A program made the translations under genes and the position numbers. Below, piece by piece: positions 21,002 through 29,367 of a DNA stretch of 49,912 nt (positions are counted from its first letter, which is position 1; every line of letters begins with the position of its first letter). Origin of the DNA: Actinomycetes bacterium (GTDB lineage: Bacteria > Actinomycetota > Actinomycetes > S36-B12); assembly GCA_030425745.1 (NCBI GenBank), contig JAUHZW010000001.1:1-49912 (forward strand). Direction: 5' to 3'. The notes under the pieces were generated by a model, which searched no databases, had not been told where the DNA came from, and saw only the letters and a list, made by a program, of their open reading frames with translations.

Positions 21002-21541
21002 TCAGACGCCGACGGCCTCGCGCAGCAGCGTCACGGCGTGGGTCACGTTGCCCTTGACGCTCGACGCGGTGTGCGACGCCCGCTCACGGGCCTCGCCGGC
21101 CAGCGCCGACACGTCCGGCAGTTCGACCTTGGGCACGTCCAGCTTGGGCAGCTCGAACTTCGGCACGTCGACCTTGGGCAGCTCGAACTTCGGCACATCC
21201 AGCTTCGCGAAGTCCACCTTGCGCAGGTCCAGCTTGCTCAGATCGACCTTGCTGAAGTCCACCTTGCGGGGATCGATCCGGCTGAAGTCCGGGGTCGGCA
21301 CATCGAAGCCGGCCACGTGCACGGTCGAGGCCTTGGCGGCAGTCGCGGCCTTCTTGGCCGACGAGGAGGCCTTCTTGGTCGAGGCCTTCGCCGTCGTGGT
21401 CGCCTTGGCAGTGGCGTCCTTCGCGGTCTCCGTGGCCTTGGTCGCGGCCTTCTTCGTGGTCGTCGAGGCCTTGGTCGCGGCCTTCTTGGTCGTCTTCTTC
21501 ACGCGCGCGGTGGCGTGGGCCGACGTGTTCTCAGCGGTCAT
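21002..21541 (-). CDS. Lys/Ala/Thr-rich basic protein with pentapeptide-like repeats (occupies the HbhA/Rv0475 position)
   Basis: 179 aa from the ATG at 21541, with GAGGA 9 nt upstream. Residues 14-72 form a KKAATKA-type basic low-complexity region, and residues 83-142 hold about 10-12 tandem 5-residue units. It lies downstream of the XRE regulator and upstream of DUF2516. Confidence 0.7.
   Translation of the reverse strand: MTAENTSAHATARVKKTTKKAATKASTTTKKAATKATETAKDATAKATTTAKASTKKASSSAKKAATAAKASTVHVAGFDVPTPDFSRIDPRKVDFSKVDLSKLDLRKVDFAKLDVPKFELPKVDVPKFELPKLDVPKVELPDVSALAGEARERASHTASSVKGNVTHAVTLLREAVGV
21116..21295 (-). repeat. Coding 15-bp periodic repeat (pentapeptide units K-[VLF]-[DE]-[LFV]-x)
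   Basis: The translation reads PDFSR IDPRK VDFSK VDLSK LDLRK VDFAK LDVPK FELPK VDVPK FELPK LDVPK VELPD. The DNA shows near-identical 30-bp blocks (ggcacgtc.a.cttgggcagctcgaacttc). Confidence 0.85.
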
Positions 21542-21968
21542 GATGATCGTCCTCACTTGTGGTGTTGGTGGTGCTCTCTGGCTGGGTGTCGCCAGGGGCT
21601 TCGGTGCCTGTCCGGGCGGCGTTCTCGGACTGGAACGCTGCGTAGATCTGCAGCAGGGTGGCCCGCTGCCGCTCGGTCAGGGTGGCGTCGGCCGCGATGG
21701 CCGTCGTGACGGTGGCATCTCCCGCACGATCGTCGAGAATGCCGGCCTGGACGTAGAGGGTCTCGGCCGAGATGCGCAGACCCTGCGCGATCCGACCGAG
21801 GATCTCCGCGCTGGGATTGCGCAGCCCCCGCTCGACCTGGCTCAGGTAGGGGTTGGAGACCCCGGCAGCCTGGGCCAGCTGACGCAGGGACATCTGCGCC
21901 TGATCCCGCTGCTCGCGGATGAATCCGCCGAGGTCTCCGATGCCTGCCATGTCACCAGTATTACCCAT
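21531..21968 (-). CDS. XRE-family HTH transcriptional regulator (Rv0474-like)
   Basis: HTH_3 motif: IREQRDQAQMSLRQLAQAAGVSNPYLSQVERGLRNPSAEIL. The start could be the ATG at 21968 or the one at 21950. Confidence 0.8.
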   Translation of the reverse strand: MGNTGDMAGIGDLGGFIREQRDQAQMSLRQLAQAAGVSNPYLSQVERGLRNPSAEILGRIAQGLRISAETLYVQAGILDDRAGDATVTTAIAADATLTERQRATLLQIYAAFQSENAARTGTEAPGDTQPESTTNTTSEDDHHDR

Positions 21969-21972
21969 GTGC

Positions 21973-21984
21973 TTGCATTTGCAA
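21973..21984. promoter_or_regulatory. Candidate operator palindrome TTGCA-TT-TGCAA just upstream of the XRE gene
   Basis: Perfect 5-bp inverted arms sit in a locally A/T-richer patch, 5 nt from the annotated ATG. A second inverted repeat, TGTGA-N4-TCACA, lies at 22003-22016. Confidence 0.3.
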
Positions 21985-22040
21985 ACACGAGCGCTAGCAG
22001 ATGTGAGCAGTCACACCCTTTGAACGAGACGCCGGAGTCC

Positions 22041-23006
22041 TCACGGGTGCAGCGGAGAGGTCACCGTGCCCACCGGATGACCGCCGCCCAGCACCGGGAT
22101 CTCGGCCAGGGCGGCCACGGCCTCCGAGTCTGCTCCCGGGACGTCGAGCAGCTGCAGGATCTGTGCCAACGCCACCTGCCGACCGCGCGCAGCCCCGTCG
22201 TCCACCTTGATCGCGATCGCGGTGCCGTCGTCCAGCGCCGCCGCGTAGACGCCCTCGGCACCGTCCTTCGCGACCATGCCCGGGACCGCCCGCATGAAGG
22301 CCGTCACGTCGCGATGACGTCCGCCGACCATCTCGGGGTGCGCGCGCATGGCATCGACGACCCGGTGGCGCGGCGAACCTGCCTCGGCCTGCACCGCCCG
22401 GCCGAAGGACCGGGCCAGACCGCTGAGCGTCATCACGTGCACGGGCGCACCGCACCCATCGACGCCCACCTCGGGGATCTCGTCATCCGTCATGCGGCGC
22501 ACCTCATCGAGGATGGCCTGCTGCAGCGGATGCTGCGGATCGAGATACGTGGCGGTGTCCCAGCCGCGCTGCACGCAGGTGGCGAGCATCGCGGCGTGCT
22601 TGCCCGAGCAGTTCATGCCGAGGGACGACGCCCGTCGGCCCGACTGGATCCACGCGTCCCTCGCCCGCGGCTCGAGCGGATAGTCGTCCGGTGTCTGCAG
22701 GGCCTCCACGGTGAGCCCCGCACCGGCGAGGATGCTCCGCGCGCCGGCCAGATGCATCGACTCCCCGCTGTGTGACGACGCCGCGAGAGCGAGCAGCTCC
22801 TCGGGCAGGTCGAGGCCGGAGCGCACCATCGCGGCGGCCTGCATGGGCTTGGCCGACGAGCGCGCCATCATCAGGTGGTCGGGATCCCCCCAGGCCATCC
22901 GGACCTCACCCGACGGGTCGAGGACCACCGCATGCCCACGATGCTCGCCCTCGACGAAGCCGCTGCGGCCGTATGTGGCAAGGACAGCCGGATCGGGTCG
23001 GGGCAC
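22041..23006 (-). CDS. L-asparaginase II family protein (Rhizobium-type asparaginase)
   Basis: 321 aa. SGFVEGEHRGHAVV, ARSSAKPMQAAA and LAASSHSGE are motifs typical of the Asparaginase_II family. Confidence 0.75.
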   Translation of the reverse strand: MPRPDPAVLATYGRSGFVEGEHRGHAVVLDPSGEVRMAWGDPDHLMMARSSAKPMQAAAMVRSGLDLPEELLALAASSHSGESMHLAGARSILAGAGLTVEALQTPDDYPLEPRARDAWIQSGRRASSLGMNCSGKHAAMLATCVQRGWDTATYLDPQHPLQQAILDEVRRMTDDEIPEVGVDGCGAPVHVMTLSGLARSFGRAVQAEAGSPRHRVVDAMRAHPEMVGGRHRDVTAFMRAVPGMVAKDGAEGVYAAALDDGTAIAIKVDDGAARGRQVALAQILQLLDVPGADSEAVAALAEIPVLGGGHPVGTVTSPLHP

Positions 23007-23049
23007 CGGGGAATGATGGCACGCCGCGACCCATGGCAGGGTGGCCTTC

Positions 23050-23514
23050 GTGAGAGCCGTCGTTCAACGGGCCAGAGACGCCAGCGTGACCGTCGAGGGA
23101 GACATCGTCGGGTCGTTCCATGGATTCGGGATCGTCGCCCTGGTCGGTGTGACCCACGATGACGACGCCGCACTCGCGGCCAAGCTCGCCGACAAGATGT
23201 ATGACCTGCGCATCTTCGGGCCCGAGCACGCGCCGGAGGATCAGCGGGACGGTCTCGCACGCGAGGTGTCGGCCTCCGACCTCAGCCTGCCCGTGCTCGT
23301 CATCAGCCAGTTCACGCTCTACGGCGACACCCGCAAGGGTCGACGCCCCACCTGGGATGCAGCAGCCCCGGGCCCCGTTGCCGAACCGCTCGTGGACGCC
23401 GTGGTTGCCAGACTCCGCGAGCGCGGCGCCCAGGTGAGCACCGGGGTCTTCGGTGCCGACATGAAAGTCGGGCTGGTCAACGACGGACCGATCACGATCC
23501 TGCTCGAGGTCTGA
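23050..23514 (+). CDS. dtd: D-aminoacyl-tRNA deacylase
   Basis: (V)RAVVQRA...[17 protein letters not shown]...[12 protein letters not shown]. The start is placed at the GTG at 23050 to match the usual MRAVVQR N-terminus. An alternative GTG lies at 23041. Confidence 0.9.
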   Translation: MRAVVQRARDASVTVEGDIVGSFHGFGIVALVGVTHDDDAALAAKLADKMYDLRIFGPEHAPEDQRDGLAREVSASDLSLPVLVISQFTLYGDTRKGRRPTWDAAAPGPVAEPLVDAVVARLRERGAQVSTGVFGADMKVGLVNDGPITILLEV

Positions 23515-23532
23515 GCCCCGGGACTGGCGCCG

Positions 23533-24564
23533 TCAGCCCGCCACGACCGGCACGCAGGATGCAGCCACCTCGCCGGCGCTCGTGGTCACGGTCATCACGG
23601 CGTCGTCGGACGTCGACCGCTTGACCACCGCCGTCGCGATCGGCCCCTCCTCGTAGTGCCAGGCAGGCGTCGCGACCCAACCCACGGTCTTGCCTTGCAC
23701 CACAACCGGATCACCATGGGCGGGAAGGTCCTCCTCGCTGCCATCGAGGTGCAGCAGCACCAGACGGCGAGGCGGGTGGCCCAGATTGTGCACGCGGGCG
23801 ATCGCCTCCTGGCCGCGGTAGCAGCCCTTGGACAGGTGCACGGCCGGGCCGATCCAGCCGACCTCGTGCGGCAGCGTGCGGTGGTCGGTCTCGAGCCCGA
23901 GGCGCGGAACCGCGGCCGCAGCTCGCAGAGCCTCCAGGGCCCACGTGCCCGCACGGTGCGGCCACAGCGCGAGCCGCTCCTCGAGGCCGGCACGGGGGAC
24001 GATCACCTCACGGCCGATGAGTGCGCCGGGACGTTCAGGTACGTAGCGCGCCGCATCGCCGCCGCGATCCGAGCCAGCATCCACGTAGCCGGTGCCGGCG
24101 TAGTCGTCGGGGACCAGCCAGGTGATGGCGTCCGGATCCACCTCGCGCACCGGCTCCCACACCACGGCGAACTCCTCGGAACGATCGGCCACCTCGACCC
24201 GCAGCATGAACTGCATCGATCGCAGGTACTCCACGAGTGCGCCAGCGGTGCCCGGCTGCGTGATGACCCAGGTCGTCGTGCCGTCATCCACCAGATGCAG
24301 CTCGTGCTCGACGTGCCCGTTCGGGGTGAGGATGAGCGCGAGCGAGCTCGATCCCGGCGCCAGCGCATCCAGATGCTGGGTGGTCAGGCTGTGCAGCCAG
24401 GAGAGTCGGTCCGGGCCGGTCACCGTGACGACACCGCGGTCGGAGAGGTCCACCGCGGCCTCGCCCTGCGCCAGTGCCCGCTGCTCGCGCAGAGGGTCGC
24501 CGTAGTGCCACGGAACACCGGGATCCGGGGAACCGTCAGGGGGAGGGACGGGGCTGCCGGTCAC
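23533..24564 (-). CDS. ygfZ: Folate-binding Fe-S cluster repair/tRNA-modification protein YgfZ (GcvT-like)
   Basis: KGCYRGQEAIARVHNLGHPPRRLV signature. The GTG at 24564 forms a GTGA overlap with the fur-family stop. Confidence 0.8.
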   Translation of the reverse strand: MTGSPVPPPDGSPDPGVPWHYGDPLREQRALAQGEAAVDLSDRGVVTVTGPDRLSWLHSLTTQHLDALAPGSSSLALILTPNGHVEHELHLVDDGTTTWVITQPGTAGALVEYLRSMQFMLRVEVADRSEEFAVVWEPVREVDPDAITWLVPDDYAGTGYVDAGSDRGGDAARYVPERPGALIGREVIVPRAGLEERLALWPHRAGTWALEALRAAAAVPRLGLETDHRTLPHEVGWIGPAVHLSKGCYRGQEAIARVHNLGHPPRRLVLLHLDGSEEDLPAHGDPVVVQGKTVGWVATPAWHYEEGPIATAVVKRSTSDDAVMTVTTSAGEVAASCVPVVAG

Positions 24565-25007
24565 AGCGGATCGTCCGCCTCCAGGATCGGATCGAGCGCC
24601 TTGCAGCCATCGCACCGGCCGTGGACGGAGACATGTGAGATGTCGGTCTGGAATCCGTACTCCGACTGCAGCGTGTGGACGAAGTCATTGGCCACCGACG
24701 CCGGGATGCTCAGGACCTTCTTGCACCGATCACAGACCAGATGGATGTGCACGTGGTCATCGACCGCGTGATAGGTCGGCGGCCCGTGTCCGATGTGCGC
24801 GTGGGTCACGAGACCGACGTCCTCGAGGACCTCGAGGGTCCGGTAGATCGTCGAGAGGTTGACCCCGCTGGCGGTGTGCTGCACCTCGACGAGGATCTCC
24901 TCCGGGGTGCCGTGACGCAGGGTCTCGACCGCCTCGAGCACCAGTTGCCGCTGCGGCGTGATCCGGAAGCCGTGCTCGCGGAGCCGAGCCTCCCAGTCCT
25001 CGATCAT
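24561..25007 (-). CDS. Fur-family transcriptional regulator
   Basis: 148 aa from the ATG at 25007. Winged-helix N-terminus (RITPQRQLVLEAV), HAHIGH metal site, and two CxxC pairs (CDRC, CDGC). Confidence 0.85.
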   Translation of the reverse strand: MIEDWEARLREHGFRITPQRQLVLEAVETLRHGTPEEILVEVQHTASGVNLSTIYRTLEVLEDVGLVTHAHIGHGPPTYHAVDDHVHIHLVCDRCKKVLSIPASVANDFVHTLQSEYGFQTDISHVSVHGRCDGCKALDPILEADDPL

Positions 25008-25008
25008 G

Positions 25009-25572
25009 TCAGGAAGCGTCCTCGGTCGCGGCCGCCTCGACGACCTCGGGCAGGAGCGTCGCGGCGAGGTGGTTCTGCATGGGCTGACCCATGGCCTCCA
25101 TGTCATACGTCCAGAGCAGGCGACCCTCGACGAGGCCGTAGAGGCGCTCACCGGCCGAGTACTCCTTGGCGCTCTCGCTGCGGGTGACGACGTCGGTGCG
25201 CAGATTGGCGCGGGCCCCGGTGATCACGGCGTTCTCGATGCCGGTGACCTCGAGGCTGCCGACCCACTGCTCGGCATAGCCGGTGGGATGGGCGAGGGTC
25301 AGCTCGATGCCGTTGTTCGGACGAGGGCGCCAGAAGCCGGCCTCCGTGGCGAGGGGGCGCACACGCTCACCCTCGTCATCCAGCAGCCAGCTGCGCGACA
25401 GATACGTCAGGAACGGGCGGCCATCGGTGGAGAAGACCACCTCCTGACCGAAGCGGAAGTCCTCGATCGTCGGGTACTGACCGGTGCCGACCCCCACCCA
25501 TCGTCCGATCAGCCACGACAGGGGGCGCAGCTCCTCGGGGACCTCGACCCCCGAGCCGTCGGGGGCGAGCAC
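25009..25572 (-). CDS. Nitrobindin / FABP-like heme-binding beta-barrel protein (DUF1794, Rv2717c-like)
   Basis: LSWLIGRWVGVGTGQYPTIEDFRFGQEVVF...FWRP...LAHPTG pattern typical of the THAP4/nitrobindin family. 187 aa. Confidence 0.7.
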   Translation of the reverse strand: MLAPDGSGVEVPEELRPLSWLIGRWVGVGTGQYPTIEDFRFGQEVVFSTDGRPFLTYLSRSWLLDDEGERVRPLATEAGFWRPRPNNGIELTLAHPTGYAEQWVGSLEVTGIENAVITGARANLRTDVVTRSESAKEYSAGERLYGLVEGRLLWTYDMEAMGQPMQNHLAATLLPEVVEAAATEDAS

Positions 25573-25674
25573 CTAGCCCTGCCCCTTGTAGAGCTTGTAG
25601 ACCACGTAGAACGCGAACCAGCCGGCGGCAGCCATGGCCGCGACCAGGAGCCCGGTGTAGAAGACCTCAACCAT
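25573..25674 (-). CDS. Possible 33-aa single-helix membrane peptide
   Basis: My own translation gives MVEVFYTGLLVAAMAAAGWFAFYVVYKLYKGQG*. Its stop abuts the GTG start of the nitrobindin gene. It is below the ORF-track size cutoff. Confidence 0.35.
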   Translation of the reverse strand: MVEVFYTGLLVAAMAAAGWFAFYVVYKLYKGQG

Positions 25675-25721
25675 GCCTGCACCCTACCGATCGCCGTCGC
25701 GAACCGCCGTGCGGCGGCACC

Positions 25722-26180
25722 TCAGGAGCGGCGGAGCCGCGCTCCGATGACGTACATCTCGCAGCCGAGGCAGAAGTTGAAGGCAGCATTGAGGAACGCG
25801 GCAGCCAAGGCCAGAGCCACGGCGATGAGGGCAACGATGGCCACGCCGGCCAGGGACGCGATCAGCGCCACCGCCATGAACACCAGCCCCACCGCCTGGG
25901 CGAAGCGCGGGGCTGCCGGATCCTCGAGTTCAGCGGGCGGCGCGAGCCGCGGGCGCACGACCCGGCGGAAGAGGACGCCGTAGGGCTGGGCCTGCAGGCC
26001 GACGAGCGCACCGAGTGCGAAGACGAGGGTCTGCCACGCGATGAGCACTGTCCCGAGCGTCGTCTCCACGAACACGAGCGCGACGACGAGGACGACGGTC
26101 GTGATGGCCGCGCCGAACCGCGGGCCACGGGGATCGACGGGGCGACGGGACGCCGGCAGAGCGGACTGGTCATTCGACAT
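25722..26180 (-). CDS. DUF4395 membrane protein
   Basis: Four hydrophobic helices and the C-terminal NFCLGCEMY motif typical of DUF4395. Confidence 0.7.
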   Translation of the reverse strand: MSNDQSALPASRRPVDPRGPRFGAAITTVVLVVALVFVETTLGTVLIAWQTLVFALGALVGLQAQPYGVLFRRVVRPRLAPPAELEDPAAPRFAQAVGLVFMAVALIASLAGVAIVALIAVALALAAAFLNAAFNFCLGCEMYVIGARLRRS

Positions 26181-26269
26181 GGCGGGAAAACTAGGGCCAC
26201 GACTCGGGGCGCCTACCTGGGGGTCCTGCAGCAGCCAACCCGGCGTACCTGCGAACTCCTCGCAGCCCG

Positions 26270-26770
26270 TCAGATCGAGAAGTCCGGGCCCTCCTCGGGC
26301 AGAAGCTCACCTAGCGCGGCCACGACATCGGCCTTGCGCGGCTGACCGCTCGCCTGCTTGCGCACCACTCCACGACGGTCGAGGAACAGGACCGTCGGCG
26401 TGCGCCGGATATCGAGGACCCGCACCAGCTCGAGGTTCTCCTCCGCGTCGATCTCCACATGGGACACACCCGGCACGAGGACGGACACCTCCTCCAGGAT
26501 CCGGCGCGTGGCACGACACGGCTGGCAGAACGCACTGGAGAACTGCACCATCGTGGCCCGCTCCCCCAGCCGACCCTCAAGCACCGGAGCCAACGCCTCA
26601 GCCTCGGCCGACAGCGGCTCCGGCTCGATGTCCGCCGGCGGATCGTCGTCGGCCGACATCGGGACAGCGGAGGAGGGGGCGTCCTTCACCCGGCCATTGT
26701 TGCGTTGGAACCACAGACCGAACGCGGTGGCCGCAGCCAGCACGAACAGCACGATCCACACTCCGGTCAC
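26270..26770 (-). CDS. Membrane-anchored thioredoxin-family protein (TlpA-like)
   Basis: N-terminal transmembrane helix and the CxxC active site FCQPC in a thioredoxin-fold context. GTGA overlap with the upstream hydrolase. Confidence 0.75.
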   Translation of the reverse strand: MTGVWIVLFVLAAATAFGLWFQRNNGRVKDAPSSAVPMSADDDPPADIEPEPLSAEAEALAPVLEGRLGERATMVQFSSAFCQPCRATRRILEEVSVLVPGVSHVEIDAEENLELVRVLDIRRTPTVLFLDRRGVVRKQASGQPRKADVVAALGELLPEEGPDFSI

Positions 26771-27573
26771 GAGCCTTCATCCTCCGTCAGCCGCCGATCG
26801 ACAGGTTCCAGCCCGAGAGTCTGGCGCACCCACACCCCGATCGCATCGATGACCCTCTCCGGCATCGCGGCCTCCGCATGCCCGATCCCGGGCTCGATCC
26901 ACAGCTCCGTCAACACCCCGGCCGATCTGGCCCCGGCGTGGATGGCCTGCGGGTGCTCGACGGGGAAGTAGTGGTCAGCGTCGCCGTGGACGACGAGCAG
27001 CGGCACCTGCAGCGCCGCCGCCGCCTCATGCGGCGGAACGGGCAGCACCTCCGGCCAACCAGCACCGCTGACCCGGGTGCGGCGCGCGCGCAGCAGCAGC
27101 CGCCCCGCCGGGGACTCGACCAGGTGGTGGACGAGCCGCATGATGCGCGTGCCCTTGTAGTACCAGAACGCCGGGGCGCTGACGCTCACCGCTGCATCGA
27201 CCTCCCCCGGGCCGTCGTGCATGAGAGCGGCCTCGCGCAGGACGACGGCGCCGCCGAGCGAGAAGCCCACCGTCGCGACCCGCTCGTAGCCCAGCTCGCG
27301 GGCCCAGCGCACACCCGCGGCGACGTCGTGGACCTCAGTGTCGCCCACAGTCGTCGCACCGCCGGACGCCCCGTGCCCGCGCATGTCGAGGGCGACCACT
27401 CCACCGAAGGACGAGAGGCGCGAGACGATCCGCTGGACCCGCTCCTGCCTCCAGTTGCCGGTGAATCCGTGGACGACGACGAAGCCCAGCTCCCGCTCGG
27501 CGCGCGGGCGATGCACGGCGCTGATGGACACTCCATCGACCGTCGTCAGCACGCGCTCCTCGTCGCCCATCAC
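26767..27573 (-). CDS. Alpha/beta hydrolase
   Basis: HGFTG oxyanion-region motif, nucleophile elbow GFSLGG, and C-terminal HGDAD...GHAE. Confidence 0.75.
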   Translation of the reverse strand: MMGDEERVLTTVDGVSISAVHRPRAERELGFVVVHGFTGNWRQERVQRIVSRLSSFGGVVALDMRGHGASGGATTVGDTEVHDVAAGVRWARELGYERVATVGFSLGGAVVLREAALMHDGPGEVDAAVSVSAPAFWYYKGTRIMRLVHHLVESPAGRLLLRARRTRVSGAGWPEVLPVPPHEAAAALQVPLLVVHGDADHYFPVEHPQAIHAGARSAGVLTELWIEPGIGHAEAAMPERVIDAIGVWVRQTLGLEPVDRRLTEDEGS

Positions 27574-27647
27574 GCAGCGATTGTCCCGCGTTCCGGCCGG
27601 TGCCGTAGCCTTGGGACCGACGACGGGGCCCGAAGGGAGGCGATCCG

Positions 27648-28373
27648 ATGCGCCTGATCCTGCTGACGCGCGCCATGGAGCCCTCCTCCGAGGTGCTTCC
27701 GGCCCTCGGACTCCTCGCCCATCACATCCACACCATGCCGGCAGAGGCGACCGCTCTGCTCAACGCCCCGGCCTGCGACGCGCTCCTCGTGGACGGCCGC
27801 CGCGACCTCCCCGCGACCCGTGGCCTGACCCGGCTGCTGCGCCAGACCGGCGTCGACGTCCCCCTCCTGCTGGTCACCACCGAGGGCAGCCTGACGGCCA
27901 TCCAATGGGACTGGGGCATGGACGACGTCCTCCTCGACACCGCCTCCCCCGCCGAGGTCGAGGCCCGCCTCCGCCTCGCTGCGTCCCGCGTCAACGACGG
28001 TGTCGCTCCGGCCGACGAGACGCCCGAGGAGATCCGCACCGGCGACCTCCACATCGACGAGGCCACCTACACCGCCAAGATCCGCAGCCGCACCCTGGAC
28101 CTCACGTTCAAGGAGTTCGAGCTGCTCAAGTTCCTCGCGCAGCATCCCGGCCGCGTCTTCACGCGCGCCGTCCTCCTGCAGGAAGTCTGGGGCTACGACT
28201 ACTTCGGAGGCACCCGCACAGTCGACGTCCACGTCCGGCGTCTTCGCGCGAAGCTCGGTGCCGAGTACGAGGGACTCATCGGCACGGTCCGCAACGTCGG
28301 CTACCGGTTCGTCCCGGAGGGCGTGGACGCCCGCGCCGTCGACGTGGAGCAGGACGCCGAGCTCAGCTCCTGA
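27648..28373 (+). CDS. Orphan OmpR-type winged-helix regulator with an atypical receiver domain (GlnR/Rv0818-like)
   Basis: C-terminal w[55 protein letters not shown]. The receiver-like N-terminus is degenerate. It lies directly upstream of mshD, as Rv0818 does. GGGAGG RBS. Confidence 0.75.
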   Translation: MRLILLTRAMEPSSEVLPALGLLAHHIHTMPAEATALLNAPACDALLVDGRRDLPATRGLTRLLRQTGVDVPLLLVTTEGSLTAIQWDWGMDDVLLDTASPAEVEARLRLAASRVNDGVAPADETPEEIRTGDLHIDEATYTAKIRSRTLDLTFKEFELLKFLAQHPGRVFTRAVLLQEVWGYDYFGGTRTVDVHVRRLRAKLGAEYEGLIGTVRNVGYRFVPEGVDARAVDVEQDAELSS

Positions 28374-28381
28374 CGAGCACG

Positions 28382-29308
28382 ATGGACCCCGACCTCCAGC
28401 TGGAGACCCTTCAGCGACTCGACCATGAACGCGTCCACGAGCTGACCGCGCTGCTCGATCGCGTCACCGAGAACGACGGCCTGCGGCCCCTCTCCGAGCA
28501 TGTGTGGCTGCACGTCAAGGAGGGCGGCGATCCCCACGGACGGCATCTGCTGGCCCGCGCGGACGACGGCGCCCTGATCGGCTACGCACATGTGGACGCG
28601 ACCGACGAGGTCGAAGGGCCGAGCGCCGAGCTCGCCGTCGACCCCTCGCATCGGCGTCGGGGCATCGGGCGCCGGCTCATCGAGCACATCCTCGGGATGT
28701 CCGACGACGGCCGCCTGCGCCTGTGGGCCCACGGAGAGCAGCTCGCCGCCGCTGAACTCGCGGAGCGCATGGGATTCGACCGCTCCCGGGTGCTGTGGCA
28801 GATGCGCCGGTCGCTCTACGCCCCCCTCCCGCGGACGCAGCTGCCCGACGGGGTGGTGCTGCGGCCGTTCGTCGTCGGACAGGACGAGCAGGCGTGGCTC
28901 GACCTCAACGCGCGCGCCTTCCCCCACCTGCCCGATCAGGGCTCATGGGAGCGGCTCGACCTCGACCGCCGGATCCGAGAGCCCTGGTTCTCCCCCGAGG
29001 GGTTCCTCATGGCCTGGCGAGATGACCGGTTGGTCGGCTTCCACTGGACCAAGGTGCACGGCGACGGCCACCACCACGGCGAGCATCAGCACGCGCCGAT
29101 CGGGGAGGTCTACGTGGTGGCGGTCGACCCCGACGAACGGGGGTCGGGCCTCGGCCGGGCCCTGACCCTGGCCGGCCTGCACCACCTGCGGTCCCTGGAT
29201 CTGGATCAGGCGATGCTGTACGTCGACGCCAGCAACACGACCGCGATCACGCTGTACGAGGGCCTCGGCTTCGCCCGCTGGGACATGGACGTGCTGTACC
29301 AGCGCTGA
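28382..29308 (+). CDS. mshD: Mycothiol synthase (tandem GNAT acetyltransferase)
   Basis: 308 aa from the ATG at 28382. Two GNAT modules are present ([13 protein letters not shown] and [15 protein letters not shown]). The 656-aa track ORF is an over-extension. Confidence 0.85.
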   Translation: MDPDLQLETLQRLDHERVHELTALLDRVTENDGLRPLSEHVWLHVKEGGDPHGRHLLARADDGALIGYAHVDATDEVEGPSAELAVDPSHRRRGIGRRLIEHILGMSDDGRLRLWAHGEQLAAAELAERMGFDRSRVLWQMRRSLYAPLPRTQLPDGVVLRPFVVGQDEQAWLDLNARAFPHLPDQGSWERLDLDRRIREPWFSPEGFLMAWRDDRLVGFHWTKVHGDGHHHGEHQHAPIGEVYVVAVDPDERGSGLGRALTLAGLHHLRSLDLDQAMLYVDASNTTAITLYEGLGFARWDMDVLYQR

Positions 29309-29367
29309 CACCGGCCGGTCATCCATGGGCAGGCGACCGTTCACCTGATTGTGGGACGATCTGCCGT

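Noticed and set aside
20967-22775. 602-aa plus-strand ORF
   Set aside because: It runs antisense across three well-supported minus-strand genes (the repeat protein, the XRE regulator and the asparaginase). Its low-complexity Arg/Gly/Leu-rich translation marks it as a GC artefact.
26041-27657. 538-aa plus-strand Pro/Arg-rich ORF. Similar cases are 48180-49607, 29878-31224, 31470-32570, 32887-34023, 17314-18366, 10213-11517, 8229-9485, 5734-6630 and 1231-2244.
   Set aside because: All are antisense or out of frame relative to genes with clear family motifs. Their composition is dominated by Arg, Pro, Gly and Ala, as expected from reading GC-rich DNA out of frame.
27338-29308. 656-aa ORF containing MshD. 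The same kind of 5' over-extension affects 40758-42929, 31401-33050, 32623-33981, 44426-45739, 42934-44787, 11029-11751, 20008-20694, 24561-25151, 12179-12811 and 37534-38550.
   Set aside because: Only the C-terminal portions carry family motifs. The upstream parts overlap neighbouring genes, are Pro/Arg-rich, and contain internal starts that give canonical N-termini, RBSs or GTGA/ATGA coupling. The coordinates were trimmed accordingly.
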